Virus record (IMG/VR): IMGVR_UViG_3300037424_000794
Location: 6,494 to 70,493 of that record
Reading direction: 5' to 3' (one strand)
Source of the DNA: a virus
Lineage: Duplodnaviria; Caudoviricetes
DNA: 64,000 nt
Shown: positions 1 to 9,133 of the stretch, piece by piece
Numbering within the stretch: position 1 is the stretch's first letter
Layout: every line of letters begins with the position of its first letter
Translations under genes and position numbers: made by a program
The notes under the pieces: generated by a model
What the model saw: the letters and a program-made list of their open reading frames with translations, nothing else
Database searches by the model: none
What the model was told of the DNA's origin: nothing

Positions 1-2027
1 TTTGTTCCACCAAATCTATCTTCTTTGTTAGTAGCATTTAATAGTGCTGGAATTGCAGCCATTACTAAACCTTGAATTGCTCCAGAAGATGCATTCGTCC
101 CTAGTACATTTGTACCTACAAACTGTCTAGTTCTCTGTCCTGGAGGGGTATAACCAGTGACCTGGTTCAGTCTTTGGCTCATTTCATCAGGCTGTAGCCC
201 CTGCCCTACTCCGAATAAAGCCTGCTGTATTCCACCCCTTCCTTGCTGCTTCAATACAAGAGATGCAGCTATAAATGCTGCTAGTGCGGGTGTAGCTTTT
301 CCGAGAACACTAGTTAAACTATCGAACACCTTAACCAAAGAGGTCATTCCATTGACACCCTCTGTTATAATGCCTAAGAACCCTCCCTCTGTTCCCAGAG
401 TTTGGGCTAATTCTTGAAATGCATTTCCTAGTCTAGTTAGAGATGTTTGTACAGTTTCTAGTTGTTTTGCTAGTGCTGCCTGTGCATCTCCAGATGCTCT
501 AGCAGACTCAGCAGCAACCTCACCAACTCTACCAAAGTTTTCGATGAATGTTGCATAAGCAGCTTGTCTACGAGTTCCACCACCTAGAGCAAGTGTTAGC
601 TTGGAGAAGGTAGTGTCATCAATTACCTTTTGTTGTCTAAGGTCTGACAATTCCTTCATAATCTCAAGGAACGGTCTCATCTGCCCTGTAGTATCTTCTA
701 CGGCTATACCTATGTTCTCTAGTGCTTCTCTTGCATTGTCTGATTGGAAACCAGCAACTATAGCTCTGGCTGTATTTGCTAGCTCTCTTCCACTTGCTAC
801 TCCGGTTTCACCGATAGCTGCCAAGATACCATTTAGCTGGTCGGTATCTATCTGAGCAGCCTCAGCAGCGTCCCCAAGTACAGCAAAGCCTGTAGCTAAG
901 GAAGCCAAATCTACATTAGCAACTTTGGTTACTCTAACCCATTTATCAAGAAGCTCAGTACCGCCATTTAGATCACCGCCGGTTTGTCTCAAAGCAGCAG
1001 ATAGAGTATCAATAGCGGAAGCTTGATCTAGCGTAGATAGCTTTGATAGTATCAGAGAATCGCTTAAAAGGTTCTGTGCTGTAGATAGTCTTTCTACTTG
1101 GTCTCCAGCACCCCCAGTGGCTCTATATGCCTGAGTAAATGCATCAATAACCCCACCAATGGATTCCCCAGCCTGCTCTGCGGAGTCTGCTGCTATTGTA
1201 AATATTCCAGACTCATCTAGGAACGAGCTACCTACGGAAATAGTAGCCTCTGCTAGCTTTGTCTGATTTTCAATCATTATTTCTGTAAGCTCTTGCAGCT
1301 TACGCATTGGCCCGTAAACGGCAGCCAAAGCTAGAGACCATTTGGTTAGTTCACCTATATCTCTGAGAACACCCTGACCGAAAGTTCTAAATTGATTTCC
1401 AATACCAGCCGTAGTTCTTCCAGCAGGAGTATTAACTAAGTCTAGTTGCTGCTGTACACCACTTCTGTCATATCTTGAAAATCTAAACTCCTCTATTCCA
1501 GCAGTACCTTTACTTCTGGCTCTCTGCAAATCATCGATAGTAAATCCATGCTCTGTTGCTATCTTAAGAACATTGGCATATCTTCTTTCAGCCTGTATTT
1601 TGCCCTTAACAGACTCTATAGCTTCTCTTTCTGCTCTTTCTCTCTCACTTAGAGTTCTCTGTATATCAGGGACACCAGAAGGTTTAAGTCCTGCTAAATA
1701 AGCTGATCTAATACTAGATTCATTGGCTCTGGTAACGGGGGGCTGGTCTTTAGGAGTGGGAATATAATTAGCCCCTGCTCCTGCTGTGCCAGCAGCACCA
1801 CGCAGTTGAGAATTTAAAAGACTATCATAGGCTCTTTTTGTAGATTCAAGAGTATCTCTTAGTTCATTCAGTCTTAACTTTTGCTGTGCTAGGCTTCTAT
1901 TAAACTGCTCAGAGCCGGTCTGAGAAAATACATTCTGCATACCAGCTATGGTGGTCTTTGTTATTTCCATTGACTGATTAAGTTCAGTAATGATTCCTAG
2001 CAGTCTTTGAAAGTCATATAGTGCCAT
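1..2027 (-). CDS. Tail tape measure protein, N-terminal part (runs off the window edge)
   Basis: ATG at 2027 (MALYDFQRLLGII...). Not in the ORF track because its stop lies outside the window. Ala/Leu-rich helical sequence with TP901-type core segments (e.g. ...REALENIGIAVEDTTGQMRPFLEIMKELS...LALGGGTRRQAAY...). Follows the tail chaperones. Confidence 0.85.
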   Translation of the reverse strand, partial: MALYDFQRLLGIITELNQSMEITKTTIAGMQNVFSQTGSEQFNRSLAQQKLRLNELRDTLESTKRAYDSLLNSQLRGAAGTAGAGANYIPTPKDQPPVTRANESSIRSAYLAGLKPSGVPDIQRTLSERERAEREAIESVKGKIQAERRYANVLKIATEHGFTIDDLQRARSKGTAGIEEFRFSRYDRSGVQQQLDLVNTPAGRTTAGIGNQFRTFGQGVLRDIGELTKWSLALAAVYGPMRKLQELTEIMIENQTKLAEATISVGSSFLDESGIFTIAADSAEQAGESIGGVIDAFTQAYRATGGAGDQVERLSTAQNLLSDSLILSKLSTLDQASAIDTLSAALRQTGGDLNGGTELLDKWVRVTKVANVDLASLATGFAVLGDAAEAAQIDTDQLNGILAAIGETGVASGRELANTARAIVAGFQSDNAREALENIGIAVEDTTGQMRPFLEIMKELSDLRQQKVIDDTTFSKLTLALGGGTRRQAAYATFIENFGRVGEVAAESARASGDAQAALAKQLETVQTSLTRLGNAFQELAQTLGTEGGFLGIITEGVNGMTSLVKVFDSLTSVLGKATPALAAFIAASLVLKQQGRGGIQQALFGVGQGLQPDEMSQRLNQVTGYTPPGQRTRQFVGTNVLGTNASSGAIQGLVMAAIPALLNATNKEDRFGGT

Positions 2028-2030
2028 TAG

Positions 2031-2339
2031 CTATCCTTCAACTTCATTATCTTTTATAACGAGTTGTACATTTGTTTGTGGTCTTTTCTTTGGGTCTCCG
2101 AGAACTCTGTCAAGCCAGTCATCAAGCTCTTCAGAAGTTCCGTCCCATATTATACTGTCAGGAGGTCTCTTTTCCTTTGGCAGTTCATTGAGATTGTCAA
2201 TTTGCTGCATCTTTCTTATCACGAAGCTTATCGTATACGGGAGCTGAGTCAGTTCCTTTATTTTAGGATCAAGGGGAACGTGCAACGCTTTAGAGACACT
2301 CCACAGGGCGGCTACTGCGTTGCTTCCCGCAATTTTTTT
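2031..2339 (-). CDS. Tail assembly chaperone, frameshift-extended C-terminal part (gpT-like)
   Basis: The -1 frame is open from the A AAA AAA site (2333-2339) into the 84-aa ORF (KIAGSNAVAALWSVSKALHVPLDP...). Lies directly upstream of the tape measure gene. Confidence 0.8.
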   Translation of the reverse strand, partial: KKIAGSNAVAALWSVSKALHVPLDPKIKELTQLPYTISFVIRKMQQIDNLNELPKEKRPPDSIIWDGTSEELDDWLDRVLGDPKKRPQTNVQLVIKDNEVEG

Positions 2340-3043
2340 AGGTCTTCCATGCCAACTTTAATTGAGTCGTATGCTGCCCTGAATTGTAACTTAATTTCTT
2401 TGGGAAGATTCTCAAATTCTCCAAAGTTATCCCACGCCCTCATTTTGTATTCTGGGTCTTTGTAGCATCCCAGGAATAGTTCCATATCGTTGTACGATAT
2501 AAGAGCTTCTTGGTCGCAGAACTCATCTACCAATAGTTCTACATACTTCTTATATAGAACGTCATCTGATTCATTAGTTAGAGAGTTCTTTAGTTTATCG
2601 GCTTCTTTCTTGGTATACTCTCGGATGGCTTCTTGAAATTTATCAGGATAGTCATCAATTTCTTTTTGATACTGTTCCATCTTCTTCAGAGAAGCATTAG
2701 ACTTAGGCATCTTGGGCGCTGGAATATTAACTTCTTTGAATGCCCTCTGTGTAATGTCTCTCATAGAAAACATGAGAACATATCCTATTAGCTCATCGTG
2801 TGAAAGTTCCGCTGGCATCTTGATATAGATTAGCCTTTCGTCACTTCCGTAATCACTTAGTCTTAGTCTCATCTCTCTGCTTTTTCTCAGAGCGTACACC
2901 CTAGCTCTATTTACATCAGCATCTCCTAAAAGACGCATGTAAAGTCTAGCCTGTACGTTTCCTTCATTATCCGTAATCTCGAACTCTTTTCCCCAAATAA
3001 ATAGACGAGATATATCAACATCATTTCTTTCTACAATCGTCAT
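2312..3043 (-). CDS. Tail assembly chaperone (gpG-like)
   Basis: Between tail tube and tape measure genes; ends in a slippery heptamer. Confidence 0.8.
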   Translation of the reverse strand: MTIVERNDVDISRLFIWGKEFEITDNEGNVQARLYMRLLGDADVNRARVYALRKSREMRLRLSDYGSDERLIYIKMPAELSHDELIGYVLMFSMRDITQRAFKEVNIPAPKMPKSNASLKKMEQYQKEIDDYPDKFQEAIREYTKKEADKLKNSLTNESDDVLYKKYVELLVDEFCDQEALISYNDMELFLGCYKDPEYKMRAWDNFGEFENLPKEIKLQFRAAYDSIKVGMEDLKKLREATQ

Positions 3044-3057
3044 TTCCTATTCCTTTC

Positions 3058-3243
3058 CTAGCTATTTGTGTGTGAATGTGTTCCGTATGAAATCTTGTAT
3101 GGTGGATTTTCATGATATATCCAAGTATCTCCACTATTGTACAGTACCTTCTTAATCCACTCCTTACTACACTTTTCACAATACACTATATCACATTGTT
3201 TACAATATTTAAGCTCATGCTCACATTCAGCGTGTTCGTGCAT
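3058..3243 (-). CDS. Small Cys/His-rich, probably Zn-binding protein
   Basis: HECxH, CKQC and CEKC motifs; good RBS (AGGATTAGGAA). Confidence 0.55.
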   Translation of the reverse strand: MHEHAECEHELKYCKQCDIVYCEKCSKEWIKKVLYNSGDTWIYHENPPYKISYGTHSHTNS

Positions 3244-3272
3244 TTCCTAATCCTCTTTCTTATTTAAACTTA

Positions 3273-3317
3273 AAAGGAGCCACAAGTCAATCCCGAAGGT
3301 TAACCAGTAGCTCCTTT
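3273..3317 (-). terminator. Hairpin/terminator after the tail tube gene
   Basis: AAAGGAGC...GCTCCTTT outer stem plus an inner GTTAACC-TTCG-GGATTGAC stem, followed by a T-rich tract. Confidence 0.65.
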
Positions 3318-3360
3318 ATATAATAATCCTTGTATAGCTACGTTAAATTGTAACTTACTC

Positions 3361-4548
3361 TTACATTGCACCTGAGTAAATGATACACTGTGCATCCAAA
3401 CTTCTGAAGTTGAATGTCTGTTGTGCATTTCCATTTACGTTAGATGTGTACCCATCACTTGTAATAGTAATGGATGGTAGATACACCGTCTTCAAAACAG
3501 TAACTGGTACTGTGTCATCACATGGGTCTTTCAACTCAATCTTCAAAGTTAGTGTAACATCTTCGCAGCCTTCGCCAGGTTGCCACTCTATACCACTTCC
3601 AACAACTCCTTCAGTCAATAGGGAGATTAGGTCTGTATCTGTATCAAGTACTGTAAGTGTACCTTCTATTGTAGGAACCTGTTTCTGGTACCCAACAACG
3701 GCCCTGTTTCCAAGCTCTTTTACAGCCTGTACGTTCAAGTTACCATTGATGTTAACCGACTGAATTCTTGTAATGCTGTTTGCTGTGATTTCTACTGAAA
3801 CGTCTTTTCCACGAATTGCAGCAGGCATTGAAGCATCAGCTACATCCGACCAGTTGTTTCCAGCGGGATTGGCGTGATATACAGCCAAAACCTGTGCTGT
3901 TCTTGTGTCACCAGTTGTTAGAGTTGTACCAACGATGCGGTATTCCCCGGTAGCTGGTGCTCCTGTAACCTCTGTCAGATATTCTCCATCGAGAGTAACA
4001 GAAAGTCCGTAGTTACCGTTCTTCAACTGGATAGGTGTTTGAGATAGGGTGAATGAAGTAGTACCTGCTATGAATTTGTCCACTACAACGTCATACTTCA
4101 AATATCTACGCTCTGAGCCAATTGCTGTATAGTCTTCTGTAGAATCTCCGTCAACCTGATAGTTGAACGTGAAGTCTCTAACCTGAAGTCTGTGACCATG
4201 AATAGACTTTACATAGTCGGATGCTGTCGTATCTTTTACATAAAGGATTGTATCTATTTCGCTCATTGAGGAAATATCTACTCCTGCTGCTGGATACGCA
4301 TTTGGATCAACACCAGTCAATGCAGCAAAAATCTTGATTCCAACGTCGAAAGCAGAGAAAGTTACTGTAACGTTAGGAGTGTCCTTTGCTGTTCCTACGT
4401 GCTGGGGATTACCCAACTCATCCTTATCTTCAGCGGGAATTTCGGCAGTTAAGCTTACTCTCTGAATTCTGGATGCTTTAAATGTGTCTCTAGGGCCTAC
4501 GACATGTAGCTGTAGTTCCTTAGAAGGCACGGCTAGTCTCTGTGCCAT
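3361..4548 (-). CDS. Major tail (tube) protein
   Basis: 395 aa, Thr/Val/Gly-rich beta-type sequence. Between tail terminator and chaperone genes, followed by a terminator. Confidence 0.75.
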   Translation of the reverse strand: MAQRLAVPSKELQLHVVGPRDTFKASRIQRVSLTAEIPAEDKDELGNPQHVGTAKDTPNVTVTFSAFDVGIKIFAALTGVDPNAYPAAGVDISSMSEIDTILYVKDTTASDYVKSIHGHRLQVRDFTFNYQVDGDSTEDYTAIGSERRYLKYDVVVDKFIAGTTSFTLSQTPIQLKNGNYGLSVTLDGEYLTEVTGAPATGEYRIVGTTLTTGDTRTAQVLAVYHANPAGNNWSDVADASMPAAIRGKDVSVEITANSITRIQSVNINGNLNVQAVKELGNRAVVGYQKQVPTIEGTLTVLDTDTDLISLLTEGVVGSGIEWQPGEGCEDVTLTLKIELKDPCDDTVPVTVLKTVYLPSITITSDGYTSNVNGNAQQTFNFRSLDAQCIIYSGAM

Positions 4549-4560
4549 TAATTAGTCCTC

Positions 4561-5025
4561 CTAAACTTTATCATTTTGTGTGATAAAAAGTAATTGTCCT
4601 CTAAAATATAATTTTTCGTTAAGCTTCGGAATAACATCAATTGGTTCATAGCTTCTGCTTATAACACTTAGATGGTTGATCGCAGATGGAGAAGCACTCG
4701 GAGGGAATCCCTCGTTGTAATCATAAACTGTTATCCCTTTGATTCTAAGCTCTTCTAAAATCTTGTAAGCAAAGTCATCCCTCTGGGTATCAGAATTAGC
4801 AAAAACATTTACATACCATCTTCTTATTCTAATGGTATCCTGGTTTCCTAGCTCAAATTCATCTTCGGATAACTTGCCGTTCACTACGGAAATTGTAGGA
4901 ACTTGTAAAATTTCTTTGGGAAATTGATGTGTGTATGTTATAAATGTGAATGCTTGAAACAAGTCTTTTATAAAGTGATCTACACTTAGATGTTCAAGCC
5001 TATAAATGCTCATTTGTTCAGTCAT
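4561..5025 (-). CDS. Tail terminator/completion protein
   Basis: Position; W-Y-V-N-V-F-A-x-S-x-x-Q-R-D-D motif typical of tail terminators. Confidence 0.6.
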   Translation of the reverse strand: MTEQMSIYRLEHLSVDHFIKDLFQAFTFITYTHQFPKEILQVPTISVVNGKLSEDEFELGNQDTIRIRRWYVNVFANSDTQRDDFAYKILEELRIKGITVYDYNEGFPPSASPSAINHLSVISRSYEPIDVIPKLNEKLYFRGQLLFITQNDKV

Positions 5026-5027
5026 AA

Positions 5028-6068
5028 TTAGTATTCCAATATTTCCCTAAACCGCCCCACTGTAGGTCTGATTCTTCTAGGAGACCCTGCGGCTGTTAGT
5101 TCAACCCTTTCCGTATCAAATTCTTCGCCTGCTCTAAATCTTCTCGCAGCTTCAGCTAGTTTATTTTCACTAACATATCTTGCGTTGTCGCCTAATTTAC
5201 GAAGCGTTGCTCTGTTTTTAGCATACTCTATCTGTAGTTCAGCAAGCCCAGACTCAAACTCCTTTAGTGTCTTTTCTGCATTCTGTACTTCTTTAGTATA
5301 TGCCTGTGTTTCTTCAGCCCATATAGACCGTTCAGAACCGAGTCTAGTAGAAAATTCCTTCTTTATTATGTCTTCTGTGCTTTCTACGAAATCCACACCC
5401 TTAGCCGGAAACGGATTATAAGAAGCATCTGGTCTGTCGGACGGCAATGATGTCGATCCCTTTGCTATGAGCTGCCAGAATGGTGCTACCATTCCAGTAA
5501 TTCCTATTCTTCCCTCTATTGTTTTCTCATACTTATCGCTTCCATATATGTTCTTTCTCCACCAGCTAGTAGCTTTTAGCCCCCTGTTGGATTCTTCGTC
5601 CTCACTTACCTTAGTACCCAAAGATGCTCTATATGCTTCGATTCCCCTAGCATAATCATTGAGTGTGCCAGCAACTTCCTCAAATACAATCTGAGGAGAT
5701 AGTCTTATTCCCCAGCCCGCCCCAATTGGAATAAGTTTATAGATGCTCTCATCGTTCGCAACTTGGTAGAGATAATATTTATACAGAGAACTGTTTTCAT
5801 CAAACTCTCTACCAGACCTCACAACGGCATCATCTATTTCTTTCATCAGCACCAACTTAGGGTAGTCCTCCGCTTTGAACTGTCGCAGAACTCTTCTTGC
5901 ATATGTTTCCGCATGTCTTGAGCTTTTCTTATATGCAAGTCTTCGCTTAGCAAGCCTAATTTCTTCTTCTAGCTGCTTATATGCTTGTTCTCCCTGCTGT
6001 ACACCTTTTCTAGTAGCCTGTAAGCCGTCTTTTGTTTCTTTTATGAGTCTGATAGTATCGTCAAACAT
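5028..6068 (-). CDS. Putative neck/tail-completion virion protein
   Basis: Position in the head-tail junction module only. Confidence 0.35.
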   Translation of the reverse strand: MFDDTIRLIKETKDGLQATRKGVQQGEQAYKQLEEEIRLAKRRLAYKKSSRHAETYARRVLRQFKAEDYPKLVLMKEIDDAVVRSGREFDENSSLYKYYLYQVANDESIYKLIPIGAGWGIRLSPQIVFEEVAGTLNDYARGIEAYRASLGTKVSEDEESNRGLKATSWWRKNIYGSDKYEKTIEGRIGITGMVAPFWQLIAKGSTSLPSDRPDASYNPFPAKGVDFVESTEDIIKKEFSTRLGSERSIWAEETQAYTKEVQNAEKTLKEFESGLAELQIEYAKNRATLRKLGDNARYVSENKLAEAARRFRAGEEFDTERVELTAAGSPRRIRPTVGRFREILEY

Positions 6069-6075
6069 TATCTAA

Positions 6076-6309
6076 TCACCTAATCAAAAACTCTATATCT
6101 CCAAAGGTTGCTTTTACGTAGGCTCTCGTAAGCCCGTTTAACTCGTCCAGAACAAACTTCCTAACTTCTGCATAGTCCTCCGGATCAGATATTACCGTCT
6201 CCAACTTCTGTAGTATCTTTGCTTGAGCCACTTTGTTTTTAGTACCTATAATCCTAATAAGCTTTAGTACGTCAACTTCCTGAAAAATTCCTTCTCCTAT
6301 ATTATTCAT
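6076..6309 (-). CDS. Hypothetical protein
   Basis: Coupled ORF with RBS. Confidence 0.5.
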   Translation of the reverse strand: MNNIGEGIFQEVDVLKLIRIIGTKNKVAQAKILQKLETVISDPEDYAEVRKFVLDELNGLTRAYVKATFGDIEFLIR

Positions 6310-6310
6310 G

Positions 6311-6754
6311 CTATTCCCTTTCTTTCTCTTTTAGCTTCACTATTACCCTATTAATATCGGGTACCCCTCTGAAGATAGTTCCTGGTTGTACGTCCATTTC
6401 TCTTTCGTCTACTATAACATACTCTGTGTTATCCAGAATGTCTTGCATGTAGCCTGAATAGATAAACTTTACAGTACAATCTCCATTATCTAGCATACCA
6501 CCGCTTTCCCATCCCTTGTTATCTAGGGTTCCCCAGGTTACGTGTGCAATTGTGCTCCAACCGCTATATGTAGGAATCCAGTACAATCCTGAGCATGTCG
6601 GACAAAAAGAATCTGTAGATGTATCTGATATAGGGTCTAGTGAGCATACTGGGCAGCCAGAATAGGTGGCAGTAAAGAATGTAACTTCTCTGCCATCCTG
6701 CTGTATCATTTCCTCAATCAGTTGTTTCGTGTTGGTCGGGAATGGTGCTATCAT
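6311..6754 (-). CDS. Head closure/head-tail adaptor with Cys-rich insert
   Basis: Likely start MIAPFP at 6754. CPVC...CPTC insert, and a YVIVDEREM-type C-terminus seen in head-closure proteins. Confidence 0.5.
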   Translation of the reverse strand: MIAPFPTNTKQLIEEMIQQDGREVTFFTATYSGCPVCSLDPISDTSTDSFCPTCSGLYWIPTYSGWSTIAHVTWGTLDNKGWESGGMLDNGDCTVKFIYSGYMQDILDNTEYVIVDEREMDVQPGTIFRGVPDINRVIVKLKEKERE

Positions 6755-7973
6755 TAGTAGTACAAACCTCTGTAAAAATATTCTTCCATTGCTGTGCAAT
6801 GTTTTTCCATTCATATTCCGGAGATAGGAACTTGCTTCTGCATTTATCTGAGAGTTCGTTTCTTAGCTCTTTGTCACTATATAGAATCTCTAAGCATCTT
6901 GCAACTTCTTTTGCGGTCGTAACTTTCCCTACAGTTTCACTTGCATCAAATGTCCAGTTAGTTACGGTCTCCATAATTAGACCACAGTCATTGAATAATT
7001 CTTCACAAGCACTATGTCTAGGAACCACCTGAACTGCACCAGTTACAGCGTGCTCTACGTTGGTCAGCCCCCACCCCTCTCCCATTCCTGTATTTATTCC
7101 AACATCACATGCATTATAGATAAGATTTAATTTGTTTCTTGGAACTCGTTGTATTCCTGGATTTAGGCTAGTAAATATCAGTCGATCTTCGACTTTGTAT
7201 CTTCTAGATTGCTTTACGATGTCTACAGACGAGTCTCTGACTCCGCAGTGCATGTACAGTCTAACGTTCTTTGGCTTATCTTTAGCAAATAGGCTAAAGC
7301 CCTCTATCGTTATATCCAGTTTCTTTCTTGGCTGATTTCTATTCGCATTTAGAACAATAAACAGGTCTTCTAGATTCCCGAAATCCTTGGCTCTTTTGCC
7401 AAATAATTCCTGTCTGGCCTGTGCTCTGTTATTGTATATCTTATAGAAATCGGAAGAATCTACGCCATGAGGAACTATTCCTAGTTCCAAATCAGGCATA
7501 CAATCCTTGTCGTTGATTACATCTTTTCCAAACCGAGTATATGTATACGCTTTGGTTACTATATCAAAATCTCTATACCACTCTTTATCATGGCATTTAG
7601 AATCTACTGGAAAGTAAACTACTATCTTCGGTAAGGTTTTTTTTACATTTTTCTTTATAGCATCTAAATAGTATGATATAACCCACGCATCATTCAGAAT
7701 AAAAACAAAATCGAAATCAAGAGAATTAAGTATATTGCATACTCTATCTATTCCATAGATGTTTCCCCTTCCGCCTATTATAGCCGGATATATTGGAAAA
7801 TCATAGTCGTGTGGGTCTCCATTGTAGTTAACCCCAACACCAGTAACATTTACATCATCTTGAATATTTTTTATGGTATTGTGCATGACTGTAGAGAACC
7901 CGGTCTCTGCTACCATGTCTCCTATAAAAAGTCCTCTAAGTTTCTCTTGTCCCTTAACTTCCTCACTACTCAT
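6714..7973 (-). CDS. Glycosyltransferase, GT-B fold, GT4-like
   Basis: TGFSTV N-terminal loop, NRNQPRKK, and EGWGLTNVE nucleotide-sugar motif (E-x7-E). Likely start MSSEEV at 7973. Confidence 0.85.
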   Translation of the reverse strand: MSSEEVKGQEKLRGLFIGDMVAETGFSTVMHNTIKNIQDDVNVTGVGVNYNGDPHDYDFPIYPAIIGGRGNIYGIDRVCNILNSLDFDFVFILNDAWVISYYLDAIKKNVKKTLPKIVVYFPVDSKCHDKEWYRDFDIVTKAYTYTRFGKDVINDKDCMPDLELGIVPHGVDSSDFYKIYNNRAQARQELFGKRAKDFGNLEDLFIVLNANRNQPRKKLDITIEGFSLFAKDKPKNVRLYMHCGVRDSSVDIVKQSRRYKVEDRLIFTSLNPGIQRVPRNKLNLIYNACDVGINTGMGEGWGLTNVEHAVTGAVQVVPRHSACEELFNDCGLIMETVTNWTFDASETVGKVTTAKEVARCLEILYSDKELRNELSDKCRSKFLSPEYEWKNIAQQWKNIFTEVCTTNDSTIPDQHETTD

Positions 7974-7989
7974 TAAAAAATCCTTTCTA

Positions 7990-8484
7990 CTAGTCGTTGT
8001 ATTCTTCTGCACCAGGAATTTCTGTTCTTACTACTCCGGTTAGTCTCTTTGTAGGTGGCTTTATGTAGAACTGAAGCTCTTCCCACAGTCTTTTAAGGCT
8101 GGACTCCTTTATCTTACCACCCTCTATGTTAGATACTGAAACTTCAGCATCTCTCCAACTACCAACATTCCATGAGGAGCTTTCTAGTGAGCCATCTTTT
8201 GTAATAATTGTAGCCATAAGTATTATTGGAGTCTCATCTTGTGGCTGTATTACTGGCGGCTCATCAAAAATGAAAGTACTTCCTGTGTATCTGGATACAT
8301 CATAAGTAGTCTCATTAATTAGATATCTAATGCCCCACCATCTTTGGAGAGCCTTGACAGCAAATACCAGAGAGACTCTTAGCCACTCGTCTAAATATCT
8401 ATATGAAGATGGGTCTATATCTCCTAGCTTCCATCTGAGGGCTGGGATTAAGTAATCCAAATCTGTTTCTACTGGTATTGACAT
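7990..8484 (-). CDS. Head-tail connector (adaptor) protein
   Basis: LIPALRWKLGD start and position after the capsid genes. Confidence 0.55.
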   Translation of the reverse strand: MSIPVETDLDYLIPALRWKLGDIDPSSYRYLDEWLRVSLVFAVKALQRWWGIRYLINETTYDVSRYTGSTFIFDEPPVIQPQDETPIILMATIITKDGSLESSSWNVGSWRDAEVSVSNIEGGKIKESSLKRLWEELQFYIKPPTKRLTGVVRTEIPGAEEYND

Positions 8485-8487
8485 ATC

Positions 8488-9030
8488 TTATTCCTCGTCT
8501 CTGGGTTCTAGCTCTACTTCAAGAACTTGTGGAAATTCCTTATTGTTCAGTTCAGAAATTCTGGCTCTAATGGCTCCTGTAATCTTCTCAGATTTCTCCA
8601 TCTCCTCGGCCAGAGACTGCATTCTGAATAAAACAGCTACTGAGTTAATCTTGTTCAATTCACTTAGAAGTCCAAAGTAACGCGTGTTTACTATGTTCTT
8701 AAGTTCATCATCTGAAGCCTGTTCTATTGTTTTTTCTACAACAGCTTTAGCCTCAGAGGGAACTTCATAAGGTAAAACACGTCCCTTGTCAAAATGAACT
8801 TTGTTATTTCTTTCAAAGAAGATTTTCTCTTTCGGGCTCCATACTTTTACAATGCAACTATCTTCTCTTCTCCTAGGGTCGCCGTAAAGAATTACTTCCT
8901 GCGGCTTTTCCAGTATATTATCCCAAACCGTCACAACAACCTTTCCTAAAATCTTCTTTATATATGCTGCATACGGTTTGTCACTCTCCATTTGTGCGAA
9001 GAGTTCGTTTCTAGACAATGTAGAATCCAT
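8488..9030 (-). CDS. Hypothetical protein in head module
   Basis: ORF with RBS. Confidence 0.5.
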   Translation of the reverse strand: MDSTLSRNELFAQMESDKPYAAYIKKILGKVVVTVWDNILEKPQEVILYGDPRRREDSCIVKVWSPKEKIFFERNNKVHFDKGRVLPYEVPSEAKAVVEKTIEQASDDELKNIVNTRYFGLLSELNKINSVAVLFRMQSLAEEMEKSEKITGAIRARISELNNKEFPQVLEVELEPRDEE

Positions 9031-9133
9031 TTAAAAATTCCTTTCTCCTTAACTTAATGTGTACCTTACTTAATTTGTTTCTTTGGACATCGCAGAATTT
9101 ATCCAGTTTACTTTTAGGCATGTGTTCGCCTCT

